Sequence record: SRR20825019_2337
Strand: one strand, 5' to 3'
DNA length: 64,000 nt
The notes beneath the pieces are model-generated. The model was given only the letters and a program-made list of their open reading frames with translations, was not told where the DNA came from and did not search any database. Both the position numbers and the translations under genes were made by a program. Shown one piece after another: positions 1 to 9,887 of this stretch. Position 1 is the first letter of the stretch; every line of letters begins with the position of its first letter.

Positions 1-938
1 TGGCCGAGGAATTGGAAAACGACGAAAACGTCGTGATCCTTGGCGAGGAAGTCGCCGAATTCAACGGCTCCTATAAAGTCACCGAAGGTCTCCTCGAAAA
101 ATTCGGGCCCAAACGCATCGTCGATACGCCGATTAGCGAAGCCGGATTTATCGGCATGGGCGTGGGCGCCTCGATGCTCGGCGTGCGTCCCGTCATGGAA
201 CTCATGTTCTGGAGCTTCTACTCCGTCGCTTTCGATCAGATCCTCAATAACGCCGCCAACGTGCGTTACATGTCAGGCGGTCTCATTAACTGCCCGATCG
301 TGATTCGCGGCCCGGCCAATGGTGGCACCAATGTCGGCGCGACTCATTCGCATACGCCCGAAAACGTGCTCGCCAATCATCCCGGCGTAAAAGTCGTCGT
401 GCCGGCCACGGCTTACGATGCGAAGGGTCTGCTCAAGTCTGCGATTCGCGACAACGATCCGGTCATGTTTCTCGAAAACACCCTCCTCTACGGAGAAAAA
501 GGCGAAGTGCCTGAGGACGAATATCTCATTCCTCTCGGCAAAGCCGACGTGAAACGCGAAGGCACGGATCTCACCATCGTGAGCTATGGCCGCAGCGTGC
601 TGCACTCCCTCGCCGTCGCCGAGACACTCGAAAAAGAACACGACATTTCCGCTGAAGTCGTCGATCTCCGCTCCATCCGTCCTCTCGATATCGATACCGT
701 GCTCGCCTCGGTAGCCAAGACCCATCGCGTGCTCATCGTAGAAGAGCAGAAACCGTTCTGTAGTGTTGCCACCCAGGTCGCTTACATGATTCAGGATGAA
801 GCCTTCGACGAACTCGACGCGCCGATCAAACGCCTTTCTACCATCGATGCCCCGGCCATCTACAGCCCGCCAGTCGAAATCGAACAGCTGCCCAATCCTA
901 AGCGTATCCTCGCCGCCGCTCTCGAAGTGATGGCTTGA
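1..938 (+). CDS. pdhB: Pyruvate dehydrogenase E1 beta subunit (5' truncated by window edge)
   Basis: Motifs LGEEV, DTPISEAGF, RPVMELM, IRDNDPVMFLE, EVVDLRSIRPLD; followed by an E2 gene. Confidence 0.93.
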   Translation, partial: AEELENDENVVILGEEVAEFNGSYKVTEGLLEKFGPKRIVDTPISEAGFIGMGVGASMLGVRPVMELMFWSFYSVAFDQILNNAANVRYMSGGLINCPIVIRGPANGGTNVGATHSHTPENVLANHPGVKVVVPATAYDAKGLLKSAIRDNDPVMFLENTLLYGEKGEVPEDEYLIPLGKADVKREGTDLTIVSYGRSVLHSLAVAETLEKEHDISAEVVDLRSIRPLDIDTVLASVAKTHRVLIVEEQKPFCSVATQVAYMIQDEAFDELDAPIKRLSTIDAPAIYSPPVEIEQLPNPKRILAAALEVMA

Positions 939-995
939 TTGCTTGCCTGTCATTTACTCTAACTTCGATCTCCCAACTCCCATCTCCGATTAACC

Positions 996-2336
996 ATGGC
1001 CGATATTATTGAAATGCCCAAACTCAGCGACACCATGACGGTGGGCACGCTGGTCAAATGGCTCAAAAAGGAAGGCGATACTGTTGCCAATGGAGACATG
1101 CTCGCCGAAGTCGAAACCGACAAGGCCACCATGGAGTTGGAGTGCTTCTTCGATGGAACCCTCCTGAAGATTTTCGCATCCGATGGTTCTGAAGTTGGTC
1201 TGGGTGAACCGCTCTGCGCCGTCGGCGAACCCGGCGAGGAGGTTGAAGTTCCCGAGAAAAAGGAGGCACCCGAGCCTGCCGAGGAAGAGAAAAAAGAAGA
1301 ACCTAAAGAGGAAAAATCTGAAGAGAAGTCAGCTAAGTCCGAATCTAAATCCGCCCCCACCCCCAAGCCATCCGCTCCGGCGAAGGCTCCTTCCCCATCC
1401 CCCGCACCAAGCAATAGTGGGGAACGCGTAAAAATTTCCCCGCTCGCCAAAAAAATGGCCGTGGAAAAGAAGATCGATTACACCGCGATCAAAGGTTCCG
1501 GCCCCGGTGGCCGGATCGTCCGCGCTGATATTCTCGAAGCGGAAAAGAATCCTCCCGCACCTCGCGCCGCTGCCGGCGGCGGCGGTGGTGGTGGTCGCGG
1601 TAAGCCCACCTGGGCATGGCGTTCCGCCTTCGATAAATCGGCCGTGCAGGAAGCTGGAGTCACCGCGCTCAGCAACATGCGTGCAACCATTGCGAAGCGC
1701 CTGGTCGAATCGAAAACGCAGATTCCACACTTCTATCTCGAAATCGAAGTCGACGCGGCTCCCCTTGGCGCCCTGCGGACCCAGCTCAACAACGGTCTCG
1801 GCAATGACGGCGTGCGGGTTTCCGTCAACGATTTCATTCTCAAGGCCAGCGCCCTCGCGCTTCGTGCCGTCCCTGGAGTCAATGCCTCGTTCACGAGCGA
1901 TGGCATCCAAACGCACAGCAACGCGCATGTCTCATTCGCCGTCGCGATTGATGACGGTCTGATTACGCCGGTCATTACCGACACCGATCAGAAGACCGTT
2001 TTCGACATCAGCGTCGAAACGAAGGATATGGCCAAGCGCGCCAAGGCCAAGAAGCTCGCGCCGAGTGAGTTTACCGGCGGCACCTTCTGCGTTTCCAATC
2101 TCGGTATGATGGGTATCGCCCGCTTCAACGCCATTATCAATCCGCCCAATGCTGCGATCCTCGCTGTCGGCACCACGGTCAAGAAGCCGGTTATCGTCAA
2201 CGATCAGATCGTGATCGGCGAGCGCATGTCACTCACCCTCTCCTGCGATCACCGCGTGGTGGACGGCGCCCTCGGCGCCCAATTCCTCAACGCGATCAAG
2301 GATCACTTGGAGAATCCGGCCCTGTTGCTGGTTTAA
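996..2336 (+). CDS. pdhC: Pyruvate dehydrogenase E2 dihydrolipoamide acetyltransferase
   Basis: Lipoyl domain (EVETDKATME), E3-binding domain (SPLAKK..GSGPGGRI), catalytic DHRVVDG. Confidence 0.95.
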   Translation: MADIIEMPKLSDTMTVGTLVKWLKKEGDTVANGDMLAEVETDKATMELECFFDGTLLKIFASDGSEVGLGEPLCAVGEPGEEVEVPEKKEAPEPAEEEKKEEPKEEKSEEKSAKSESKSAPTPKPSAPAKAPSPSPAPSNSGERVKISPLAKKMAVEKKIDYTAIKGSGPGGRIVRADILEAEKNPPAPRAAAGGGGGGGRGKPTWAWRSAFDKSAVQEAGVTALSNMRATIAKRLVESKTQIPHFYLEIEVDAAPLGALRTQLNNGLGNDGVRVSVNDFILKASALALRAVPGVNASFTSDGIQTHSNAHVSFAVAIDDGLITPVITDTDQKTVFDISVETKDMAKRAKAKKLAPSEFTGGTFCVSNLGMMGIARFNAIINPPNAAILAVGTTVKKPVIVNDQIVIGERMSLTLSCDHRVVDGALGAQFLNAIKDHLENPALLLV

Positions 2337-2355
2337 GTATCAGGCACTGACCACG

Positions 2356-2386
2356 AAAAGGCCGCGATGTGAATCGCGGCTTTTTT
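2356..2386 (+). terminator. Rho-independent terminator after pdhC
   Basis: GCCGCGAT-gtga-ATCGCGGC followed by TTTTTT. Confidence 0.85.
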
Positions 2387-2709
2387 GGTGTCCCTCCATC
2401 GTGCGAACCAATACTCCGCACATTGGTGCGCTCATCATAAGCCGCAACGTCGTCATGCGGTCTCTCTCGGTTTCCAGTAGTGAGGGTATTCCCCTCATAT
2501 GCCAATTGGTTACACAGGGCAACCAAGCCCATTACCGATTCAACTAGGTATATAACTACCTATTCTCTATCAACATGTTACAGCTCATGATATATTTGTG
2601 GGAGTTCATTTCTGCATAGACAAAAAAGTAAATCAGATCAGGGTCTGGTAAGTAGGTTACCCTAGACCCTTCACAGACCAGCTATCCCATATCCCAACCC
2701 GTTACTCCT

Positions 2710-4473
2710 ATGAAACATAGAAAAACCTATGCCTTGTTCTGTCTGATCGTGGCCTGCCTATTGAGTTCATTGGCCGCTCGTGCTGAAATCCAAACCCTCA
2801 CCATTCTTGGCGCCAACGGTTCGATCGGCGACGTCGATCAATACGCCGAGGCCTCCCTCGATGGAGGGGCCACCTGGCAACCCGCCTATCTATCAGGGAG
2901 TCATCCTTGGGGTCTGATTGCCGGAACCAACAGTTGGGTAAATTTTTCACCTAATAATGCAGTCGGTCTCAACACCACAACACTCTATCGCATCCGCTTC
3001 ACTGCTCCCGATGCATGGGTCGGTGAGCCGACCATCCTTGTCCAAATGAATGCGGACAACCGCGGTATCGTTCAGCTCAATAATACAAACTTGGGGCAAG
3101 TCGAAGGTCAGGGCAGCTTTTCTCCAGATGGGAGTGCCCTCGTGCCCGGCGTAAACACATTGTATCTCACCCTCGAAGATTGGGGCGGTATTGTTGGATT
3201 CAACTATCGTCTCGATATCACCGTTGATGCCGATGATGGCTTTATCCTTGGTGAAGCCGGTGACAGCGACGTCGACGGACTCACCGATACTGAAGAAGAA
3301 ACAATCGGCACCGACCCAAACAATCCCGACACGGACGGTGACGGCGTCCTGGATGGGGTTGATCCGAACCCACTCAATGCTGGTCCCGAGTTACTGGCCG
3401 CTATCGCTCTCCTCGAACAACAATTGGCCGACTGCGACGATTATGCTGCGGCATTACAACAACAGCTGCAAGATTGCCAAACTGACGGGGCCGGACTGCA
3501 GAGCTCGTTGGATGCAGCCAACGCCCAGATCGCGAGCCTCAACGCTCAATTGGCAGCATGTCAGACTCAGAAAGCACAACTAGAAGCCCAACTAGCTGCC
3601 GCACTCGCCGACAGTGCTTCCCTGCAGACCCAATTGACCGCAGCCAGTGCGGCTAACGCCTCCTTGCAATCGCAGCTCGACGCTTCAAATGCGAATGTTA
3701 CCCAGCTCCAATCCGCCTTGAATGGAGCCAATGCACAAGTCGCAGCGCTCGAGAGCCAACTCTCCGCAGCCCAGTCAGTCATTGCGTCGCTGCAGAATCA
3801 GCTCGCCAATTCGAACGCCCAAATCGCCACTCTGGAGAATGCCTTATCCAGCGCGAATACTCAGATCTCACAGCTCAATTCTGAACTCGCGGCAGCCAAC
3901 GCTCAAATAAGCAGTCTCTCCAGCGATCTGGCCACCGCCGGTGCCACCATTAGCAACCTCTCCATCCAGTTGGATCAATGCCTGCTCGATCTGAGCACCC
4001 TCAATGCGCAGTTGACCGCAGCTAATGATGTAAATGCTCAGCTAACCGCAGACTTGGCCACCGCCAATCAAACAATCACTGACTTGCAGAACCAAATCGC
4101 CCTGCTCCTCCAAAATCTCGATTTGGCTAATCTTACGATTGCAGATTTGGAAGCCACCAATGCGGCTCAAAACGCATTGCTGACAGCGCTCACGGGGAAT
4201 GTATCCGCCTATGAACAGCACCTGCGCCAAATGTTTGACGATCCTTCCTTCAGCATCGCCGGCGCCGATTCTGCCGAAAAAGTCGCCAATCTGATCACCG
4301 CCCTTATGACGATTAACCGCGGTCGCACCACAGGCATCTATAAGGAACTCGGCGGAGTGGTCGGCAAGGGTGACAAATCAACAAAGTCAGACAAAAAATC
4401 GGCCAAAAAATCCGATAAAAAATCATCCAAAAAGTCGGATAAGAAGTCGGACAAAAGCAAAAAGAGTCGCTAA
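2710..4473 (+). CDS. Secreted protein: signal peptide, beta-sandwich domain, Ca-binding (TSP3-like) repeat, long coiled coil, Lys-rich tail
   Basis: Signal peptide ending ARA-E; DSDVDGLTD/DTDGDGVLD; heptad-rich A/Q/N/S/L region; KSDKK repeats at C-terminus. Confidence 0.8.
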   Translation: MKHRKTYALFCLIVACLLSSLAARAEIQTLTILGANGSIGDVDQYAEASLDGGATWQPAYLSGSHPWGLIAGTNSWVNFSPNNAVGLNTTTLYRIRFTAPDAWVGEPTILVQMNADNRGIVQLNNTNLGQVEGQGSFSPDGSALVPGVNTLYLTLEDWGGIVGFNYRLDITVDADDGFILGEAGDSDVDGLTDTEEETIGTDPNNPDTDGDGVLDGVDPNPLNAGPELLAAIALLEQQLADCDDYAAALQQQLQDCQTDGAGLQSSLDAANAQIASLNAQLAACQTQKAQLEAQLAAALADSASLQTQLTAASAANASLQSQLDASNANVTQLQSALNGANAQVAALESQLSAAQSVIASLQNQLANSNAQIATLENALSSANTQISQLNSELAAANAQISSLSSDLATAGATISNLSIQLDQCLLDLSTLNAQLTAANDVNAQLTADLATANQTITDLQNQIALLLQNLDLANLTIADLEATNAAQNALLTALTGNVSAYEQHLRQMFDDPSFSIAGADSAEKVANLITALMTINRGRTTGIYKELGGVVGKGDKSTKSDKKSAKKSDKKSSKKSDKKSDKSKKSR

Positions 4474-4500
4474 GCTCGATCGGTAGTTCAGATGGATACC

Positions 4501-4529
4501 AAAGGCCGCCCCCATGAGGGCGGCCTTTT
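4501..4529. terminator. Bidirectional terminator
   Basis: AAAGGCCGCCC-ccatga-GGGCGGCCTTTT between convergent genes. Confidence 0.85.
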
Positions 4530-4563
4530 GCGCAATCGAGTTACGGTATCTATCTAACCGCCC

Positions 4564-6513
4564 TTAACTCTCCGCGCGTTCGCGGGCATCGGCTTCGATC
4601 AGCTTGATCAAACCATCCAGCTCTTCACGCGTCTGCGCTTTGACTGTCGGGAGTTCTTCCGCGCTGCTCACCTCCGCATTGGCGAAGAGATAGAACTTCA
4701 TTTTCGGTTCGGTGCCACTGCCGCGGGCGGCAAAGCTGTATCCATTGCTCAACGTCACGAAATAGAGATCCTGCTTGGGGATCAATTCGCCATCGGCATC
4801 ACGAATATCCTGCACGCCGAAATCCTGAAACTCGGCCACGGTGATGTCGCCAAATGCGGTCGGCGGAGTTTCCCGATAAGTTTCGAGGATGCGCTTGATC
4901 TTCGCGTTACCACTCGCGCCCTCATAATAGATGTTAATGACGCCTTCGAGATAGAATCCGTATTTCAGATAAATCTCGTCGAGGTATTCCGGCACGGTCA
5001 GTCCGCGTGATTTTACGGCCGCACAGAGTTCGGCAAACATCAAACAGGCCGAATTACCGTCCTTGTCGCGCACGTAATCGTTGGGCAGATAACCGTAACT
5101 TTCCTCGGTGCCAAAGGCGTAGAACGTCGCGTGCTTCTGCGTGAGCTTGGCCCGCTCTTCCAAGGTGCAGCTTTCGTAATTGAAATCCGCCCCCATCGCC
5201 GTGCGCAACTGTTCCTCGTAACCACGCATCTTCGCCGCGATCCACTTAAAGCCGGTCAACGTGTTAATGACTTTAACGCCGTGGCCTTCGCCGATCGCAT
5301 CCTGCAATTTCGTGGTCACGAAGGTTTTGATGATCGCCACGCGATCGGAACCTTCGGCCGGAATCCACCCCAGTTCCTTGTATTTGTTCAGACGGTATTC
5401 CGCAAGGAGCGCGCCGATCTGGTTGCCTGTGAGCAGTTCCATTTTCCCGGCCCGGTTTCGCACCGCCACACCCATACGGTCCGCATCGGGATCGGTCGCC
5501 AATAACACATCCGCTCCCTTCTCTTCCGCCAAGGCGACTCCTTGAGCGAGCGCTTCAGCATTTTCCGGATTGGGAGATTTCACCGTGGGAAAGCGTGCAT
5601 CGGGTTCCAATTGCGTGAGCACGGGCGACACGTTGCAACCTGCATGAATTAATAACGGTATCGAATGCACGGCACCCGTCCCATGGATATTCGTGAACAC
5701 CAGTTTAAGCGATGATTGCTTGAGAATCTCACGGTCAATCACTCCAGTCGCCGCCACGGTCAGGTATTCCTCATCAGCCTCACGATGGAGGGTGACGACG
5801 GAGCTGAGATCCTTCACCAGATAATCACCGAGCTCAGAAAGCGGCACGGCATTGACCTCATCGACGATGCCCTTGTCGTGCGGTGGCACGACTTGGGCTC
5901 CATCGTCAAAATAGGCCTTAAAGCCATTATCGTGAGGCGGATTGTGACTCGCCGTAATCACAACCCCGGCATGGGCTTTCAGGGATCGCACGGAATAGCT
6001 CAGCTGAGGCGTCGGACGCGGTCCGTCGAAAATGAATGCTTCGCCGCCCAACTTGATCCAGGTCGAAGCCGCGAGTTCACAAAAATGCCGAGAGAAATGG
6101 CGCACATCATGTGCGATCACAAATTTCGGGGCGGCTGAGTTATCCTGCGATTGCAGATATTTCTTCGTGTAACGAAACAGGCCAATCACTGCGCGGATCA
6201 GCGTAAAATCGTTGAGCACATTGCTACCGATCGCCGCATGCTCAGGCGCACCTGTTGCGGAAAGCTCGCCGGTTTCAGCCTTCGCCGCGACTTTGCCAAT
6301 CGTGCGCCCACGCATTCCCCCGGTTCCAAAGGCCAGATAACAATAAAATCGATCGTTCAGCTCGGCCCACTCCTCGCGGTTGACCAACTCTTCGATGCTT
6401 TGCATCGCCCATTCCGGCAGATCAGCAGCCAAAAAGGTCTGCAAGTTCTCGACTGCCGATGGCATCAGATCGCCGTTGGTTCCGGCCGTGTTGATTTTTT
6501 CCAATGTGCTCAT
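4564..6513 (-). CDS. pgm: Phosphoglucomutase/phosphomannomutase
   Basis: FGTGGMRG, TASHNP (catalytic Ser), DPDADR metal loop, TGFKW, EESYG, RGSGTEPKMK. Confidence 0.9.
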   Translation of the reverse strand: MSTLEKINTAGTNGDLMPSAVENLQTFLAADLPEWAMQSIEELVNREEWAELNDRFYCYLAFGTGGMRGRTIGKVAAKAETGELSATGAPEHAAIGSNVLNDFTLIRAVIGLFRYTKKYLQSQDNSAAPKFVIAHDVRHFSRHFCELAASTWIKLGGEAFIFDGPRPTPQLSYSVRSLKAHAGVVITASHNPPHDNGFKAYFDDGAQVVPPHDKGIVDEVNAVPLSELGDYLVKDLSSVVTLHREADEEYLTVAATGVIDREILKQSSLKLVFTNIHGTGAVHSIPLLIHAGCNVSPVLTQLEPDARFPTVKSPNPENAEALAQGVALAEEKGADVLLATDPDADRMGVAVRNRAGKMELLTGNQIGALLAEYRLNKYKELGWIPAEGSDRVAIIKTFVTTKLQDAIGEGHGVKVINTLTGFKWIAAKMRGYEEQLRTAMGADFNYESCTLEERAKLTQKHATFYAFGTEESYGYLPNDYVRDKDGNSACLMFAELCAAVKSRGLTVPEYLDEIYLKYGFYLEGVINIYYEGASGNAKIKRILETYRETPPTAFGDITVAEFQDFGVQDIRDADGELIPKQDLYFVTLSNGYSFAARGSGTEPKMKFYLFANAEVSSAEELPTVKAQTREELDGLIKLIEADARERAES

Positions 6514-6528
6514 GGTGTTAAGTCAATT

Positions 6529-7956
6529 TCAGTGACTGAGATAGAGTCCGTCAGCAATCGCCGGAGTTGGCGAAAGTTTTTTCCACGACTCGGCAAATGT
6601 CTCGGCATCGTAACCAAAGGTCGGGGAGACCTCGACGACGATCGACGGAAGCCCCGTATCATCGGTTTCAAGCTCAACCCCGATCGCTCGCATCCATCGT
6701 GCAAATTGACGTAACTGATCCTGCCGTGAGGTCAGTGGCGAATCCACGCCTTCCGCATTCTTGACCGGAGAAAAATCGTCGGCACGTCCGGTCTCGATCA
6801 CGATCGGGTTCCGCGCAAAAGGCAGCGCATCAAACACGAAGAGTTCGAACTTAACCCCATTCGCTTCCGTGGGTTTCACGGGCTGGCCCTCCGCATCGAT
6901 CGTCGGCACTTTTTTGTCCGCCCGATGGAAACTCAGCGATTCCTCGCCCGATTCCGAGCGCGCCATCCGGCGAATAAATTCCCGGTCCAAAATATGAATC
7001 GCAATACTACCGGCATTAAAACGCAGCCCGCCGTCCGGATTGGCCTCCTCCTGCATCGCCGCTGGCAAATCGGAATATTCCACCACGACGAGTCGATCGC
7101 CTTGCTGACAAAAATGTCCGACCTTCTCCCCGGCATAAGCTTTGGGCACCATCTTGCTGCTCATTTCAGAATTTTTCAGAAAATGCCAGCCGATGAAGGC
7201 CGCATCGATGCAACGCACCAGAGGATTATCAACCTGGAAATAGCTGAGCGCATCAATCCCTTCGCGCTCCATTACCTCAAGCGCACCGCTGCGATCCAAT
7301 GCCCGCAGCGAACCGCCGTGCCCATCCGGACTCATCGCAATCGCGTCGCGCGATTCGAGCAGAATCTTTCCTTCGAAATCGACTGCCGGCATCCGGCCCT
7401 GTTTGAAAAAGTGCACGTGGTCCGCACTGAGACCAAAGAAATTATGCTCCTGAAAGAACGATTCCGTCGCTTCATGATTTTGCAGACTTGTCATGATAAA
7501 CCAGTGCAGTGGCTTGCCATAGCGTATCCCCGCCGCAAGCAGCTTCTCCGCAAAAACCTGAAACAGCGTTTTCTGCTTAATCGGAGTGACCGGAAAGGTG
7601 CCTTTAGGTCCATCGTAACCCAACCGGGTGCCCTGTCCACCTGCGACCGTGAAAGCCGCGACACGTCCGGCGCGTAGCGCAGCCTCACCCGCTTCCCGAG
7701 CATTTCGCCATGCCGCCGCGTCACCACCGTTCTCCGGCAACGGTTCGTAAGGTGCAGGGGCCAATCCCGAAAAATCGTTGGTCACCCCGTTCGAACGGAG
7801 CAGGGTTTCATTCAATCCGGCAATCTCAGCCAAATCCACCTCGGCCGCATCGGAGAGCAGCCGCGCCTGCCCCTCCGGCTCGAGCTGGTCGAAGTAGGCA
7901 AAAACCTGTCCCTGTCCGGCTTGTTGGAATTTTTCGATCAATGCGTGTGCTGCCAT
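6529..7956 (-). CDS. UDPGP type 1 family UDP-N-acetylhexosamine pyrophosphorylase
   Basis: AGGQGTRLG, PKG, SPDGHGG, QVDNPL, EKVG, EYSD, KFELFVFD, FSPVKN match the UAP1-type family. Confidence 0.88.
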   Translation of the reverse strand: MAAHALIEKFQQAGQGQVFAYFDQLEPEGQARLLSDAAEVDLAEIAGLNETLLRSNGVTNDFSGLAPAPYEPLPENGGDAAAWRNAREAGEAALRAGRVAAFTVAGGQGTRLGYDGPKGTFPVTPIKQKTLFQVFAEKLLAAGIRYGKPLHWFIMTSLQNHEATESFFQEHNFFGLSADHVHFFKQGRMPAVDFEGKILLESRDAIAMSPDGHGGSLRALDRSGALEVMEREGIDALSYFQVDNPLVRCIDAAFIGWHFLKNSEMSSKMVPKAYAGEKVGHFCQQGDRLVVVEYSDLPAAMQEEANPDGGLRFNAGSIAIHILDREFIRRMARSESGEESLSFHRADKKVPTIDAEGQPVKPTEANGVKFELFVFDALPFARNPIVIETGRADDFSPVKNAEGVDSPLTSRQDQLRQFARWMRAIGVELETDDTGLPSIVVEVSPTFGYDAETFAESWKKLSPTPAIADGLYLSH

Positions 7957-7976
7957 AAAATTGAACTCGTCATGGG

Positions 7977-8258
7977 TTAGTCTTCGAAACGAAAGATGTA
8001 TTCGTCGGGCTTGGCATAGAACAGACGGCGGCGAATGACCTTTTCCACGTAAGCCGGATCGGTCCGCAGGCGCTCCAGAATGCGATCCTGCTCCCGCAGT
8101 TTTTCCCGGGCTTCCGCGAGGCGGGTTTCGCTCTCCCGGTGTAACTTCTTCAAACGATCGTATTCACGTTGCGTCTGCACGAAATAATACGCCGATGTCG
8201 CCGCCACACCCAAAAACAGGGCGAGATACAGGCTGACGATGAGGCGACGAAAATTCAC
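7977..8258 (-). CDS. ftsB: Septum formation initiator (FtsB/DivIC family)
   Basis: N-terminal TM helix, coiled coil, DPAYVEKVIRRRLFYAKPDE motif. Confidence 0.8.
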   Translation of the reverse strand: MNFRRLIVSLYLALFLGVAATSAYYFVQTQREYDRLKKLHRESETRLAEAREKLREQDRILERLRTDPAYVEKVIRRRLFYAKPDEYIFRFED

Positions 8259-8366
8259 TTTCCCGAGTGAAGCGATTAATAGAAATCTGTAAATTATCTC
8301 CGTAAACTTTTTACCCTTTGGTTTTTGCGTGCGTTTTCCGCCGCGACCAGCAATTTGTTACTTTCC

Positions 8367-9182
8367 ATGTATCAGGCGTATTATGGGTTTTCGGAGATGC
8401 CATTCAACATCACCCCCAACCCGCGGTTTCTCTATCTCAGCCCCACACACCAAGAAGCCCTGCAACACCTGAAATACGGCGTGCAGGAACGGAAAGGCTT
8501 CATTGTGTTGATCGGCGAGGTCGGCTGCGGGAAGACCACGTTGTGCCGTCGTTTTCTCAATGAGATCGATACGGAGCGCTTCGATACCGCCTTGATCCTC
8601 AATCCTCGCGTCACCGAGACGCAAATGCTCAAGGCCATTCTCACCGAATTGGGTGAAACCAAGCTGGCGCGCAGTCAGGTCGATCTTGTCGCACAAATGA
8701 ATCGCGTGCTGCTCGAGCGGATTGAACAGGGACGCGACATCGTGCTCATCATCGACGAAGCGCAGAATCTTTCCTTTGCGGTTCTTGAGCAAATCCGACT
8801 GCTCTCCAATCTCGAAACCGATCAGCAAAAGCTACTGCAAATCATCCTGATGGGGCAGCCCGAGCTCAAGGATGTCCTCGCGCGCGATGAATTACGTCAG
8901 CTTCGCCAGCGCATCCTCGTGCATTACGAATTGTGCCCGCTCAGTCTCGACGATACCCGACACTACATTCATCATCGCCTCACCCTCGCGGGAAGCATGG
9001 GCCAACCCGTCTTCACCCCTTGGGCCATGCGAAAAATCCATCGCGCCAGCAAAGGCATTCCCCGCATCGTCAATAATCTCTGCGACAAAGCGATGCTCTC
9101 CGCCTTCATCCGCGAATCCGACGAGGTCAACTATTGGGACGCGCGCCGTGCGGTGCGTGATCTCAACACCCTTACCGAGTAA
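8367..9182 (+). CDS. ExeA/GspA-family AAA ATPase
   Basis: YYGFSEMPFNITPNPRFLY, Walker A GEVGCGKTT, Walker B LIIDEAQNL, GQPEL, GIPRIVN; start moved to MYQAY. Confidence 0.88.
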   Translation: MYQAYYGFSEMPFNITPNPRFLYLSPTHQEALQHLKYGVQERKGFIVLIGEVGCGKTTLCRRFLNEIDTERFDTALILNPRVTETQMLKAILTELGETKLARSQVDLVAQMNRVLLERIEQGRDIVLIIDEAQNLSFAVLEQIRLLSNLETDQQKLLQIILMGQPELKDVLARDELRQLRQRILVHYELCPLSLDDTRHYIHHRLTLAGSMGQPVFTPWAMRKIHRASKGIPRIVNNLCDKAMLSAFIRESDEVNYWDARRAVRDLNTLTE

Positions 9183-9199
9183 ACGGCACACTGCTAGCT

Positions 9200-9868
9200 A
9201 TGAGTCTCATCAACAACGCGCTTAAAAAAGCCCAGCACCAACGCTCCGGAGAAACCGCATCCGTGCCAATGCCCGGCGGATCGGGGCAACGTCCCAATCG
9301 AAATGGCCGAGGGATGACAGCGCAAACGCTGCTTCTGATTACCATCGGAGCAGCTGTCCTCATAACCGCTTCCGTCGTCGCCACCGTGTTCCTGCTGGGC
9401 AAAGACAAACCCGCCACACCCACCACGGTCGCGAGCGCACCTGTTGCCATCGAACCAACCACCGCCGCATCACAACCTGCCGTCACACTCGCGACGGAAC
9501 CCACCATCGTCGCCCCTACCGCCCAACCTGAACCAGAGCCTGTCGTTAGCGCTATTCAGCCCGTGATCGAGCCACCCGTCACGGCTTCCGAGACCACCCC
9601 CGCTCCCGTCGAAATCGCCACCCACCCCCCCGAACCGATTCCGGCACCTTCCGTCAGTCTCGAAGAAAACATCTACCAGTTCATCGACCAGTTACAGGTC
9701 ATGGGGATCCGTTCGTCTGGAGCGGACAGCAAAGTCCTGATGAATGACCGCGTTTACCGCGTGAATGATATCGTCAATCGCGAACTCGACCTCCGATTGA
9801 TCTCGGTCGCTCCGGATCGTCTCACCTTTGTCGATAGCCGCGGCTCACGTTACATCAAAAACTTTTAG
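9200..9868 (+). CDS. ExeB/GspB-like membrane protein
   Basis: MSLINNALKKA N-terminus, single TM, Pro/Thr linker, small beta C-domain; follows exeA. Confidence 0.7.
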   Translation: MSLINNALKKAQHQRSGETASVPMPGGSGQRPNRNGRGMTAQTLLLITIGAAVLITASVVATVFLLGKDKPATPTTVASAPVAIEPTTAASQPAVTLATEPTIVAPTAQPEPEPVVSAIQPVIEPPVTASETTPAPVEIATHPPEPIPAPSVSLEENIYQFIDQLQVMGIRSSGADSKVLMNDRVYRVNDIVNRELDLRLISVAPDRLTFVDSRGSRYIKNF

Positions 9869-9887
9869 CCCGCGCGACACGCCGTCC

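Noticed and set aside
1570-1645. Poly-Gly/WAWRSAFDKS linker in pdhC as a repeat insertion or frameshift
   Set aside because: Frame is intact, E2 linkers are naturally variable, and similarity to the menC element is weak
4369-4470. DNA tandem repeat or CRISPR-like array
   Set aside because: Synonymously varied codons of the KSDKK peptide repeat; no repeat-spacer structure
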